This document shows, in pieces, positions 8,504 to 17,961 of a DNA stretch of 64,000 nt (position 1 is the stretch's first letter; every line of letters starts with the position of its first letter). Origin of the DNA: Thermoanaerobaculia bacterium (GTDB lineage: Bacteria > Acidobacteriota > Thermoanaerobaculia > Gp7-AA8). The stretch lies in assembly GCA_963719365.1 (NCBI GenBank), contig OY970380.1:3005885-3069884 (forward strand). The letters run 5' to 3'. Made by a program: the position numbers and the translations under genes. A model generated the notes under the pieces. It had not been told where the DNA came from and ran no database searches. It saw only the letters and a list, made by a program, of their open reading frames with translations.

Positions 8504-10078
8504 ATGTCCGTGATCAGCCGCCTCTTCGCAACGAAATCGCTCGACGACCTCATCGCCGGAACCCAGGAAGAGGGCCACCAGCTCAAGAAAACCCTCGGCC
8601 CATGGAACCTGATCGCGCTCGGCATCGGCGCGATCATCGGTGCCGGCATTTTCGCCACGATCGGAACCGCTGCCGCCGGTGACGCGCACCGCCCTGGCGC
8701 AGGTCCGGCGCTGATGATCTCGTTCGTCCTCACCGCCGTCGTCTGCGGATTCACGGCGCTCTGTTACGCCGAGTTCGCGTCGATGGTGCCTGTGTCGGGC
8801 TCGGCGTACACGTACTCGTACGCGACGCTCGGCGAGCTCGTGGCGTGGATCATCGGCTGGGATCTGATGATCGAGTACGCCATCGGCAACGTCGCCGTCG
8901 CCATCTCCTGGGCGAATTACATGAACACGCTGCTGGAGGGATTCGGCATCGTCCTGCCCGGTTGGCTGACCGTCGACTACGGCACAGCGATGTCGAAGAT
9001 GCCGCAAGTCGTGGCCGCGGCGCCGCACATCTTCGGCTTTCCGATCATCTTCAACATTCTCGCGGTCGGCATCGTCACGCTGATCACGATCGTGCTTGTG
9101 TGGGGCATCCGCGAGGCGGCCAGCTTCAACTTCTGGATGGTGGCCATCAAGCTCGCCGTGCTCGCCTTCTTCGTCTTCGTCAGTTTCAAGTACGTCAAGC
9201 CGGCGCACTGGCATCCGTTCGCGCCAAACGGCTTTCACGGTATCGCCACCGGCGCGGCAATCGTCTTCTTTGCCTACATCGGCTTCGATGCCGTTTCGAC
9301 GACAGCCGAGGAGGCGAAGAATCCGAAGAGGGATATGCCGATTGGGATCATCGGCTCGCTCATCATCTGCACGATCATCTACGCGATCATCGCCGCGGTC
9401 TTCACCGGCATGATCCCGTACGGCGACCTTGTGAAGAAACTCTCCAGCGAGCAAGCCGAGCCGCTGACGCTGGCGATGAAGTACGCAACGATGCCGAACT
9501 GGATGGTGGGCGTTGTGGCGTTCGGTTCCGTCGTCGCTCACACCGCCGTACTCCTCGTGTTTCAGCTCGGTCAGCCGCGCATTTTCTTCGCCATGTCGCG
9601 CGACGGACTGCTGCCGCCGTTCTTCGCCCGCGTCCATCCGAAGTTCCGCACACCGCACGTAGCCACGATCATCACCGGCATCTTCGTCGGTATTGCCGCG
9701 CTCTTCTCGTCGCTCGATGCGATGGTCGATCTGACGAACATCGGAACGCTCTTCGCGTTTTTCCTTGTCTGCATCGGCATCATCATCCTTCGCGTCAAAG
9801 ACCCGCACCGCGAGCGCTCGTTCAAGGTTCCCGGCGGCACATGGTTCCTCCCCGTGCTCGGCGCGGCGTCATGCCTCTTCCTGGCAAAGTACCTCCCGAA
9901 AGAATCGTGGTGGCGCTTCGGCATCTGGCTGCTCGTCGGGATGGTCGTGTACCTCTCATACGGCTATCGCAACAGCAAGCTGCGTAATCGAGGCAACGGC
10001 CCGCTCCTCCCACCTGGCGGCATGGTGCGGCACGACTTCAACCCCGAGCAGCAGTGGCCGGAGAAGGATGTGGAGTAG
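8504..10078 (+). CDS. APC-superfamily amino acid permease (cationic amino acid transporter-like)
   Basis: 524 aa with about 12-14 TM segments. The N-terminal region LKKTLGPWNLIALGIGAIIGAGIFATIG is characteristic of AA_permease_2/CAT proteins. Confidence 0.88.
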   Translation: MSVISRLFATKSLDDLIAGTQEEGHQLKKTLGPWNLIALGIGAIIGAGIFATIGTAAAGDAHRPGAGPALMISFVLTAVVCGFTALCYAEFASMVPVSGSAYTYSYATLGELVAWIIGWDLMIEYAIGNVAVAISWANYMNTLLEGFGIVLPGWLTVDYGTAMSKMPQVVAAAPHIFGFPIIFNILAVGIVTLITIVLVWGIREAASFNFWMVAIKLAVLAFFVFVSFKYVKPAHWHPFAPNGFHGIATGAAIVFFAYIGFDAVSTTAEEAKNPKRDMPIGIIGSLIICTIIYAIIAAVFTGMIPYGDLVKKLSSEQAEPLTLAMKYATMPNWMVGVVAFGSVVAHTAVLLVFQLGQPRIFFAMSRDGLLPPFFARVHPKFRTPHVATIITGIFVGIAALFSSLDAMVDLTNIGTLFAFFLVCIGIIILRVKDPHRERSFKVPGGTWFLPVLGAASCLFLAKYLPKESWWRFGIWLLVGMVVYLSYGYRNSKLRNRGNGPLLPPGGMVRHDFNPEQQWPEKDVE

Positions 10079-11966
10079 GACGAAGAGTAGCGCCGGCGGC
10101 TCGCCGGCTGGACCGCCGCCGGCCCCGCGGCGACGTTGGTTTCGATCACCGCTGCCCGGTGCCCTTCTTGGCGCCCTCCTCGTCTTCGCCGTCGCCCCCC
10201 ATTGCATCGGTTGGTTTTCCGTCCCGACCGGCGGCATCGGCGCGGTGACGATCGCAAAATACCCAAAAGGATTCGACTACTTCGTCGTCATCGCCATGAC
10301 GATCGCAAGCGCCCTCGGCGCGCTGGCGCTGAGCGCACGCCAGAAAACTCCGACTCCCGACACCCGACTACCGAAACCCTCGAAGCGCACCGCAACAATC
10401 ATCACGACCATCGCCGTCTTCGTGGTGATGATCGTCATTCACGACCATCCCTACTCGTTCATGGACATGTTCCACGAAGGCGAGCACCTCACGCCAGCTT
10501 CGGTGATGCTCGACGGCGGACGCCCATACGGCGACGTCTTCTTCCTTCACGGCTTCGCCACTGACGGCGGCCTCGATGCGCTCGTCCTCGGCAGCAAACC
10601 GTCGTCGAAGAAGACGCGTCGGTTGGAAACGGTTCTGGACGCCGCGGCGCTGGCGATGCTGGTTCCGATCGCGGCGGAAGTGACGGCGTCGACTGGTGGA
10701 CTCATCGCCGCCGTGATCCTGGCACTCTGCGCCATCGGCGCGGGCGAAGTGCCGGTCTTCCCCTACTTTCGCTGGCTCCCGTTGTTGATCGCGGTTTGGG
10801 CATTGTTGATCCACGGACGAGATCGCGACTCGCTATCCGTCACGGTTGGCGGCGGGACGCCGCCAGGCCAGCCGCCGGGACGGCGGCGTTCCGCTTCGCT
10901 CTATGTGGCCGCGGTTGCCTCTTCGCTTGGCGTTCTATGGAGCCTCGACGTTGGCATCTGCGCAGTCGCGGCGAGCGCAATTGTCATTCTGATCTACACG
11001 CGAAGAGTTACGTTGATCGCCGTATCTGCGATCGCTGCGCCGCTCATCGTTCTGCTTATCGCGCGCGCCGATCTGCATCACTTCTTTCGCGATTCGTTCG
11101 TCATCATTCCCCGAGCGATCGACGCCATCTGGTCGCTGCCGGCGAAGCCGCTTCCGTCGCTGGCGCTTCTCATTCACCCTGTCCAACTCTGGGATTGGTT
11201 CGCATCGGAAGCAGCGCGCTACTACCTGCCGCCGGTCTTCTTCGGATTTCTCGTCGCGCTGGCCGTTCGCAAGCGCGATTTGCGCATCGCCATCGTGGCC
11301 ATCTTCTCGATCATCCTCTTCCGCACGGCCGCCGGCCGTTGCAGTTGGAGTCACACGCGATTCGGCATCCCACTCCTCGCCATCGCCGTGGTGGCATTTC
11401 TGTTCGAGCCGCTTTGCCGCGATTGGTTGCGGCGTCAGCGAAGCGTCTGGCGCGGTGTCGCGATTGTCGTCTTCGCGATTCTCAGCTTCCGCTATTTCGA
11501 GGTCGCGCTGAACGCAACACTAGGATGGAAGTTCATCGCCGGCTGGCCCGCGCGCCAGCGCCACGCGGGGATGGTGCCGTATCCGATGCCGCGCGGTCGC
11601 GGAATCTACACGTACGCCGAGAACGCCTCCGATCTCGCCGCGCTGCGCGACCTCGTGCAGCAAACCGGCCCCGGCCCGATCTTCGATCTCTCCGGCGAGC
11701 GCGCGCTCTATTACCTGCTCGACCGCCGCCCCGCCACCCGCTGTCCCGACCTCGCGATGCTCTCCACGCCCGAGTTGAGCGCCGAAGCACTCCACCAACT
11801 CGCCGCGCACCCGCCAGTCTTCGTCGTCCTCGAAGGAATGAAAGTCTTCGCCTCGCTCGACGGTATCGCCAACCGCGACCGCATCCCGCCGATCGCGGCG
11901 TGGATCGACGCGAATTATCCGGTGCGGGTTAGGGCGGGGCGGTATTTGGTGGGATTCAGGAAGTAG
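10068..11966 (+). CDS. large polytopic membrane protein, function unknown
   Basis: The ATG at 10068 overlaps the permease 3' end by 11 nt. The protein is about 633 aa with many hydrophobic segments and a soluble C-terminal region. The upstream part of the 733-aa ORF overlaps the permease and is unlikely to be coding. Confidence 0.6.
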   Translation: MWSRTKSSAGGSPAGPPPAPRRRWFRSPLPGALLGALLVFAVAPHCIGWFSVPTGGIGAVTIAKYPKGFDYFVVIAMTIASALGALALSARQKTPTPDTRLPKPSKRTATIITTIAVFVVMIVIHDHPYSFMDMFHEGEHLTPASVMLDGGRPYGDVFFLHGFATDGGLDALVLGSKPSSKKTRRLETVLDAAALAMLVPIAAEVTASTGGLIAAVILALCAIGAGEVPVFPYFRWLPLLIAVWALLIHGRDRDSLSVTVGGGTPPGQPPGRRRSASLYVAAVASSLGVLWSLDVGICAVAASAIVILIYTRRVTLIAVSAIAAPLIVLLIARADLHHFFRDSFVIIPRAIDAIWSLPAKPLPSLALLIHPVQLWDWFASEAARYYLPPVFFGFLVALAVRKRDLRIAIVAIFSIILFRTAAGRCSWSHTRFGIPLLAIAVVAFLFEPLCRDWLRRQRSVWRGVAIVVFAILSFRYFEVALNATLGWKFIAGWPARQRHAGMVPYPMPRGRGIYTYAENASDLAALRDLVQQTGPGPIFDLSGERALYYLLDRRPATRCPDLAMLSTPELSAEALHQLAAHPPVFVVLEGMKVFASLDGIANRDRIPPIAAWIDANYPVRVRAGRYLVGFRK

Positions 11967-11995
11967 GTGTAATGATTTATCGTTGGCACCTGCCA

Positions 11996-12295
11996 ATGAA
12001 GTCCGCGTCAAAGATTAGGAATCCGAATTCACCGGGACCCGCCATCCCTCCCGGCGAGATGCTTCTCGAGGAGTTTCTGAAACCGCTTGGCGTCACTCAG
12101 GTCGATGCTTCAAAGCGGCTCGGAATCTCGTTGAACCGGTTGAACGAGATCGTGCTCGGAAAGCGCGCCATCAGCGCCGATACGGCTCTGCGATTGGCGA
12201 GCCTGTTCAAGACCTCGCCGCAGTTCTGGATGCGTTTGCAGGCTGATTGGGAACTCCATCAGGCAATCGCGCGCGCCTCGAAGAAAGCTTCGTAG
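11996..12295 (+). CDS. higA: HigA-family antitoxin / XRE helix-turn-helix protein
   Basis: IPPGEMLLEEFLKPLGVTQVDASKRLGISLNRLNEIVLGKRAISADTALRLASLFKTSPQFWMRLQ matches the HigA/VapI antidote family. I chose the start at the internal ATG (MKSASK...). No HigB-like ORF lies upstream. Confidence 0.8.
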   Translation: MKSASKIRNPNSPGPAIPPGEMLLEEFLKPLGVTQVDASKRLGISLNRLNEIVLGKRAISADTALRLASLFKTSPQFWMRLQADWELHQAIARASKKAS

Positions 12296-12302
12296 TCGCC
12301 GC

Positions 12303-13799
12303 TTACCGCTTCCACCGCAACACCGGCTGCCTGGCCGCTCTTGCTTCGTCCAGCCTTCGCACGGGTGTCGTGTGCGGTGCGCTGCGAACCAGTTCCGGGC
12401 GCTCTTCGCATTCGCGGGCGATGGCGATCATCGCGTCGCAGAAGGCGTCGAGCTCTTCTTTCGGCTCGCTTTCGGTGGGCTCGATCATCAAAGCGCCGGC
12501 GACGATCAGGGGGAAGTAGATCGTTGGCGGGTGGAAGCCGTAGTCCATCAGGCGCTTGGCGATGTCGAGCGTGTGGACGTCTTTCGGCGTTTGCAACTTG
12601 TCGCTGAAGACGACTTCGTGCAGCGACGGCGCGTCGTAGGGGAGGTGATACGAGCCGCGCAGACGGGCGCGGATGTAGTTCGCGTTCAGCACGGCGATCT
12701 GCGCGATGCGGCGCAGGCCGTCGGGACCCATCGAGCGCATGTACGTCAGCGCGCGCACGAGCACGTTGAAATTGCCGTTGAAGGCGCGGACACGGCCGAT
12801 CGAATGGGGGTGGCTGTGATCGAGATAGAACTTTCCGTCCTCGCGCTTCTCGACTGTCGGCGTCGGCAGAAACGGCACGAGCCGCTCGGAAACACCGACC
12901 GGTCCCGCGCCTGGACCGCCGCCGCCGTGCGGCGTCGAAAACGTCTTGTGCAGATTCGAGTGGATGACGTCGATGCCCATGTCGCCGGGGCGTGCGATGC
13001 CGACGAATGAATTGAGATTCGCGCCGTCGCAGTAGAGATAGGCACCTTTGTCGTGGAGGATCTCGGCGAAGCGCTTGATGTCCGTTTCGAAAACGCCGAG
13101 CGTGTTCGGCACCGTGATCATCAGCGCGGCGACGTCTTCGGTCACCGCGGCAGCGAGCGTGTCGATGTCGACGGTGCCGCGATTGTTCGACTTCAGTTCT
13201 TTGATCTGGTAACCGGCGAAAGCGGCCGACGCCGGGTTCGTGCCGTGCGCGGAATCGGGGATGAGGATGTATTTGCGCGCGTTGCCACTCTTCGCCAGCG
13301 CCTTGTGCACCATCAGGATGCCGGTGAGCTCGCCGTGTGCGCCGGCGACCGGTTGCATCGTCACGCGTGGCAGACCGAAGATCTCTTTCAGCGTTTGCTC
13401 GATGTGCCAGATGAGGCCGAGGTTGCCTTGAACCTGATGATCGGGTTGGAGCGGATGCGACAGCGCAAAACCGGGCGTTCGCGCTAGCTCTTCATTGAGC
13501 CGCGGGTTGTGCTTCATCGTGCACGATCCGAGCGGGTAGAGGCCGGCGTCGATCGACACATTCAGTTTCGACAGCCGCGTGAAGTGCCGGATCACATCGA
13601 CCTCGGACACCTCGACCTCATCGACGATCTCGCCGCGCCGCAACGCCGCCGACAACGCCTCGGCATCTTCAGGCACATCGAGATCCGGCAGTTTGTAGCC
13701 GCGCCGGCCGCGCTTCGAATGCTCGAAGATCAACCCTTCGCGATTCGCGCTTTGCGGCACGGCAGTGGTCGCGGCATCGCTTTCGAGAATCGTGGTCAT
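12303..13799 (-). CDS. gcvPB: glycine dehydrogenase (decarboxylating) subunit 2
   Basis: The start MTTILESD overlaps the gcvPA stop (ATGA). The PLP region SNLHKTFSTPHGGGGPGAGP is present. The protein is about 498 aa. Confidence 0.93.
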   Translation of the reverse strand: MTTILESDAATTAVPQSANREGLIFEHSKRGRRGYKLPDLDVPEDAEALSAALRRGEIVDEVEVSEVDVIRHFTRLSKLNVSIDAGLYPLGSCTMKHNPRLNEELARTPGFALSHPLQPDHQVQGNLGLIWHIEQTLKEIFGLPRVTMQPVAGAHGELTGILMVHKALAKSGNARKYILIPDSAHGTNPASAAFAGYQIKELKSNNRGTVDIDTLAAAVTEDVAALMITVPNTLGVFETDIKRFAEILHDKGAYLYCDGANLNSFVGIARPGDMGIDVIHSNLHKTFSTPHGGGGPGAGPVGVSERLVPFLPTPTVEKREDGKFYLDHSHPHSIGRVRAFNGNFNVLVRALTYMRSMGPDGLRRIAQIAVLNANYIRARLRGSYHLPYDAPSLHEVVFSDKLQTPKDVHTLDIAKRLMDYGFHPPTIYFPLIVAGALMIEPTESEPKEELDAFCDAMIAIARECEERPELVRSAPHTTPVRRLDEARAARQPVLRWKR

Positions 13800-15193
13800 C
13801 GCCGCTCCCGGGAAATCGCCGCCGTGAGCGCAGCGGCAAAGTGATCGAGGTTCTCGCGTGTGTGCAACTCGGTGACGGCGACGAGGAAATCGTTGTCGTG
13901 ACCTTCGTAAAACGGGCCGAGCGGAATCCCGCCGAGGATTTTGTCGTGCTCGAGGTCGGCGAGGATTTGCGTGGCAGGAAACGGCGTCCGAACGACGATC
14001 TCGTTGTAGACAGGTCCACTGAACGGCAGCGAAATCGATCCGACGCCGTTGAGTTTTTTTCGCAGATACGCGGTCTTTTGCAGGCATTGCTCGCCGACTT
14101 CGCGCAGTCCCTCTTTGCCCATCAGCGAGAGATACATGTTCGCGCCGAGTGCGATCAGCGCTTCATTCGTGCAGATGTTCGACGTAGCCTTGCCGCGGCG
14201 GATGTGCTGCTCGCGCGTGGCCAGCGTGAGCACGTACGCGCGGCGGCCGTCGACGTCGACGGTCTCGCCGACGAGGCGCCCCGGCATGTGCCGTTTCAGC
14301 GCGTCTTTGACGACCATGAAGCCGACATAAGGCCCGCCGAACTGCGTCGGGATGCCCCAGGCTTGCCCTTCGCCGACGGCGATGTCGAAGCCGTGCGCGC
14401 CCGGCGGCGTGAGAATTCCGAGCGACGTCGCCTCGGTGATCACGGCGATCTTCACCGCGCCGCAGGCGTCGGCAATTTCGCGGATCGCGTCGTAGTCCTC
14501 GATCACGCCGAGAAAGTTCGGAGATTGCACCGCGACCCCAAAGACATCGCTCGTACACGCCTCGCGCAACGCAGCGGTATCGACGCGTCCATCAGCGGTC
14601 CAGCCGACTTCCACGATCTCGTAGCCGAGGTTCTGGACGTACGTGCGGACAGTTTCGGTGTACTGCGGATGAACAGACCGCGCGATCACAACCTTCTTGC
14701 GATTGCGCACCACGCGCTCGGCCAGCAACACCGCTTCGCACAATCCAGTCGAGCCGTCGTAGAGCGATGCGTTAGCGACGTCGAGGCCGGTCAGCAGACA
14801 CTGGTGCGTCTGGTATTCGAAGATCGTCTGCAGCGTTCCCTGCGAGACTTCAGGCTGATAGGGCGTGTACGAAGTTAGGAACTCGCCGCGCAGCAGCAGT
14901 TGATCGATACATGCCGGCTGATAGTGAAGATACGCGCCGCCGCCAAGGAACGAGACGTGATCGGCAGCCGACTTGTTCTTCGCCGCCAGCTCGCGAAACC
15001 AGCGCCGCGATTCGATCTCCGACCAGGGGCCGGGGATGTCGAGCAGCGCGGTCAGTTTGACTTCGTCCGGAATCGTCTCGAAAAGCTTATCGATGGAATC
15101 GACGCCGATGACCTCGAGCATCTCGCGGACATCTTCGGAAGCGTTGGAGATGTAGCGGTGGACCGAGGTAAGTGGATCGGGGAGGTTGGACAC
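13796..15193 (-). CDS. gcvPA: glycine dehydrogenase (decarboxylating) subunit 1
   Basis: 465 aa with typical GcvPA N-terminal and central motifs (YTPYQPEVSQGTLQ). Confidence 0.93.
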   Translation of the reverse strand: MSNLPDPLTSVHRYISNASEDVREMLEVIGVDSIDKLFETIPDEVKLTALLDIPGPWSEIESRRWFRELAAKNKSAADHVSFLGGGAYLHYQPACIDQLLLRGEFLTSYTPYQPEVSQGTLQTIFEYQTHQCLLTGLDVANASLYDGSTGLCEAVLLAERVVRNRKKVVIARSVHPQYTETVRTYVQNLGYEIVEVGWTADGRVDTAALREACTSDVFGVAVQSPNFLGVIEDYDAIREIADACGAVKIAVITEATSLGILTPPGAHGFDIAVGEGQAWGIPTQFGGPYVGFMVVKDALKRHMPGRLVGETVDVDGRRAYVLTLATREQHIRRGKATSNICTNEALIALGANMYLSLMGKEGLREVGEQCLQKTAYLRKKLNGVGSISLPFSGPVYNEIVVRTPFPATQILADLEHDKILGGIPLGPFYEGHDNDFLVAVTELHTRENLDHFAAALTAAISRERR

Positions 15194-15194
15194 G

Positions 15195-15584
15195 TTAGTG
15201 AGATTCCGTCTCCACGTACTCGTCGTATTCCTCGGCGTTCATGAGCAGCTCATCGACCTCACTCGGGTCGGTCACTTTCATGCGCACCATCCAGCCGTCG
15301 CCGTACGGATCGGTGTTGATCAGCTCCGGCTTCTCGGCCAGGCGCTCGTTCACTTCGACGATCTCCCCGCCGACGGGCGCGAAAAGCTCGGAGACCGCTT
15401 TGACCGATTCGATCGATCCAAGCTCGTCGCCGGCTTCGAGTTGCGTACCGACCTGCGGCAGCTCGACGAAGACGACGTCGCCCAATTCTTTCTGCGCGTA
15501 TTCGGTGATGCCGATCGTGCCGATCTCACCTTCTACGTTGATGTATTCGTGGCTCTTGGCGTATCTACTGTCTTCCGGAGTCAT
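15195..15584 (-). CDS. gcvH: glycine cleavage system H protein
   Basis: 129 aa with the lipoyl-lysine motif ESVKAVSELF. Confidence 0.95.
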   Translation of the reverse strand: MTPEDSRYAKSHEYINVEGEIGTIGITEYAQKELGDVVFVELPQVGTQLEAGDELGSIESVKAVSELFAPVGGEIVEVNERLAEKPELINTDPYGDGWMVRMKVTDPSEVDELLMNAEEYDEYVETESH

Positions 15585-15593
15585 CGCCGCTCC

Positions 15594-16691
15594 TTATTTT
15601 GATCGCTTGTAGAAGGGTGTGGGGACAACGCGCGCCCGAACTTCTTTTCCTCGGATGAGGACCATGAATTCGTTGCCGGGCGCTGCTTTGTCGAGCGGAA
15701 GATATGCGAGACCGATCGCTTTTTTCAATGTTGGCGCGTGCGTGCCGCTGGTGACGACACCAACTTCCTCGCTGCCATCGACGACGGGATATCCGTGCCG
15801 GGCGATTCCGCGATCGACCATCTCGAATCCAGCCAGCTTGCGGCGCGGTCCTTCGGCCTGCTCGCGCTGCAGGACGTCGCGTCCGAAGAAGTCGCCCTTT
15901 TCGACTTTGACGATCCATCCGAGGTCGGCTTCGAGCGGCGTGGTGGTCTCGTCGATGTCGTTTCCGTAGAGCGCCATCTTTGCTTCGAGACGGAGAGTGT
16001 CGCGCGCGCCGAGGCCGCATGGCTTCGCGCCGGCATCGAGCAGTTTGCGCATGATCCGCGGCCCCTCGGACGGCGCGACGTAGACCTCGAATCCGTCTTC
16101 GCCCGTGTAGCCGGTGCGCGACACGATGGCAGGCACGCCATCGACTTTGCCGCTGCCGAAGCGGTAGTACTTCATCGGTGCGAGATCGACATCGGTCATC
16201 GGCTGGAGCAGGCGCTCGGCCTCGGGACCCTGCAACGCGAGCTGCGCATAGTCAGCGCTGACGTTGCGGACTTCCACGTCCATCCCTTTCGCGGCGTCGG
16301 CAATCCATTCGAAGTCTTTGTCGCTGTTCGAAGCGTTGACGACGACGAAGAAGTCATCGGCGGCTTTCTGGTAGACGAGGATGTCGTCGACGAACCCGGC
16401 AGTCGGATAAAGCAGCCCGTTGTATTGCGCGCGTCCGTTCTCGAGCTTCGAGACGTCGTTGCACGTCGCGCGCTGCAACAGCGCCAGGGCATCCGGACCT
16501 TTGACGGTCAGCTCGCCCATGTGCGAGACGTCAAAAAGACCGACATGCTCGCGCACCGCAGCGTGCTCCTCGAGGATCCCGTTGAACTGCACCGGAAGCT
16601 CCCAGCCACCGAAATCAACCATCTTTCCGCCAAGCTCGTGCTCGAGCTGGTTCAGTGGGGTTTTCTTGAGAGTTGTGACCTCGTCAGTCAT
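15594..16691 (-). CDS. gcvT: aminomethyltransferase (glycine cleavage T protein)
   Basis: 365 aa containing GWELPVQF, FDVSHMG and TGYTGEDGFE motifs. It is the first gene of the gcv operon. Confidence 0.95.
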   Translation of the reverse strand: MTDEVTTLKKTPLNQLEHELGGKMVDFGGWELPVQFNGILEEHAAVREHVGLFDVSHMGELTVKGPDALALLQRATCNDVSKLENGRAQYNGLLYPTAGFVDDILVYQKAADDFFVVVNASNSDKDFEWIADAAKGMDVEVRNVSADYAQLALQGPEAERLLQPMTDVDLAPMKYYRFGSGKVDGVPAIVSRTGYTGEDGFEVYVAPSEGPRIMRKLLDAGAKPCGLGARDTLRLEAKMALYGNDIDETTTPLEADLGWIVKVEKGDFFGRDVLQREQAEGPRRKLAGFEMVDRGIARHGYPVVDGSEEVGVVTSGTHAPTLKKAIGLAYLPLDKAAPGNEFMVLIRGKEVRARVVPTPFYKRSK

Positions 16692-16894
16692 CGACAGCCT
16701 CCGGGGGGAGCGAACCTAGCACGCGCTATGCCGCAGGCGCAATGACGGTGGCGCTGGCGAAGCTGATTTAGGAATCGGACAAACTCCCAGTCCGTTCTTT
16801 CAGCCGGGACTGGGAACTCCTGGTCGGCAAAATGGCCCTGAGCAATCGGGGCCTTTTGTTTTCCAGGCGTATCATCGTGATTGGGAGCGCGGGC

Positions 16895-17797
16895 GTGACG
16901 AACGAAATTGGCGATTTCCTCGATTACCTTACTTACGAGCGAAATGTCTCCGTCAATACGATTCATGCCTATCGCGATGATCTCGAGTCGCTGATCTCGT
17001 TTCTCTGCAACGACTACCTGACGCTGGGCCGCGATCAGCTCGACTTCAAGCTCATCGATCATCTCGCCATCCGTTCGTACCTTGCGCATCTTGCCCGACG
17101 CAAACTTGCACGCGCCTCGGCGGCGCGGCATCTGTCGGCGGTACGTTCGTTTTTCAAGTACCTGATGCGCGAAGGTGTCGTCGAAGCCAATCCTGCTCGG
17201 AGCGTCTCGACTCCGAAGCGCGAGAAGCATCTGCCGACGGTGCTGCAGCCAGCCGACGTGGCGCTTCTGCTTGAGCAGCCAGACATTTCGAATCCGCTCG
17301 GTGTTCGCGACCGTGCGTTTCTCGAAGTTCTCTACGCCTCGGGATTGCGCATCAGTGAGCTCGTCGGAATCAACATCGATGACGTCGAGCTTCGTGCCCG
17401 GCTGGTGAAAGTGCGCGGCAAAGGATCGAAGGAACGGATCGTGCCGTTCGGCTCGAAAGCGGAGGCGTCGATTCGCGAATGGCTGGCCGTTCGAGGCGAG
17501 CTAGCCACCGACATCGAGGAGCCCGCGCTCTTCGTAAACTATCGCGGCCAGCGCATCACGACGCGCAGCGTACGCCGCCATTTCGATCGCTACGTTCGCA
17601 AGGCGTCGTTGCGCGCCGGCGTTTCGCCGCACACGATGCGCCACTCTTTCGCCACGCACCTCCTCAACGCCGGCGCCGATCTTCGCGGCATTCAGGAGCT
17701 TCTCGGCCACGTCTCGCTTTCGACGACGCAAAAGTACACGCATCTCAACGACTGGCAGTTGATCGCGGTGTACAAGAAGGCGCATCCGAAAGCGTGA
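16895..17797 (+). CDS. tyrosine recombinase XerC/XerD family
   Basis: N-terminal SAM-like domain (FLDYLTYERNVSVNTIHAYRDDL) and catalytic HTMRHSFATHLL...LLGHVSLSTTQKYTHL. A GTG at 16895 with an upstream GGGAG gives a typical 300-aa size. The alternative ATG at 16832 has no RBS. Confidence 0.85.
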   Translation: MTNEIGDFLDYLTYERNVSVNTIHAYRDDLESLISFLCNDYLTLGRDQLDFKLIDHLAIRSYLAHLARRKLARASAARHLSAVRSFFKYLMREGVVEANPARSVSTPKREKHLPTVLQPADVALLLEQPDISNPLGVRDRAFLEVLYASGLRISELVGINIDDVELRARLVKVRGKGSKERIVPFGSKAEASIREWLAVRGELATDIEEPALFVNYRGQRITTRSVRRHFDRYVRKASLRAGVSPHTMRHSFATHLLNAGADLRGIQELLGHVSLSTTQKYTHLNDWQLIAVYKKAHPKA

Positions 17798-17961
17798 AGC
17801 AGCCGGCGAGTCTTTTCGGTTCGCCTCGCGGCGTCGTTTCGTCTTTCTTCGTGAGCCGGGTCACCACATTCGCGCGATTCCCAACCTAACTTGTGAAAAC
17901 TGCACGCGGCCGTCCCCGCCGGGCACCCTGATCGCAAAATCCGAAATCGAAGGAGCTCTAC

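Noticed and set aside
7910-9808. 632-aa ORF antisense to the amino acid permease
   Set aside because: The translation is Arg/Asp/Gly/His-rich low-complexity sequence, typical of antisense frames in high-GC DNA. The opposite strand encodes a clear APC permease. The same reasoning applies to 33034-34767(-), 44058-44945(-), 44973-46133(-), 60099-61997(-), 20242-21525(+), 21512-22978(+), 62149-63255(-) and 63159-63947(-).
16692-16831. Possible glycine riboswitch in the gcvT leader
   Set aside because: I read the minus-strand leader and found none of the conserved cores (GGAGAG...ACCGAAGGGGCAA / CUCAGGCAAAAGGAC). Only a simple 8-bp hairpin is present (cccagtcc...ggactggg, about 16785-16815).
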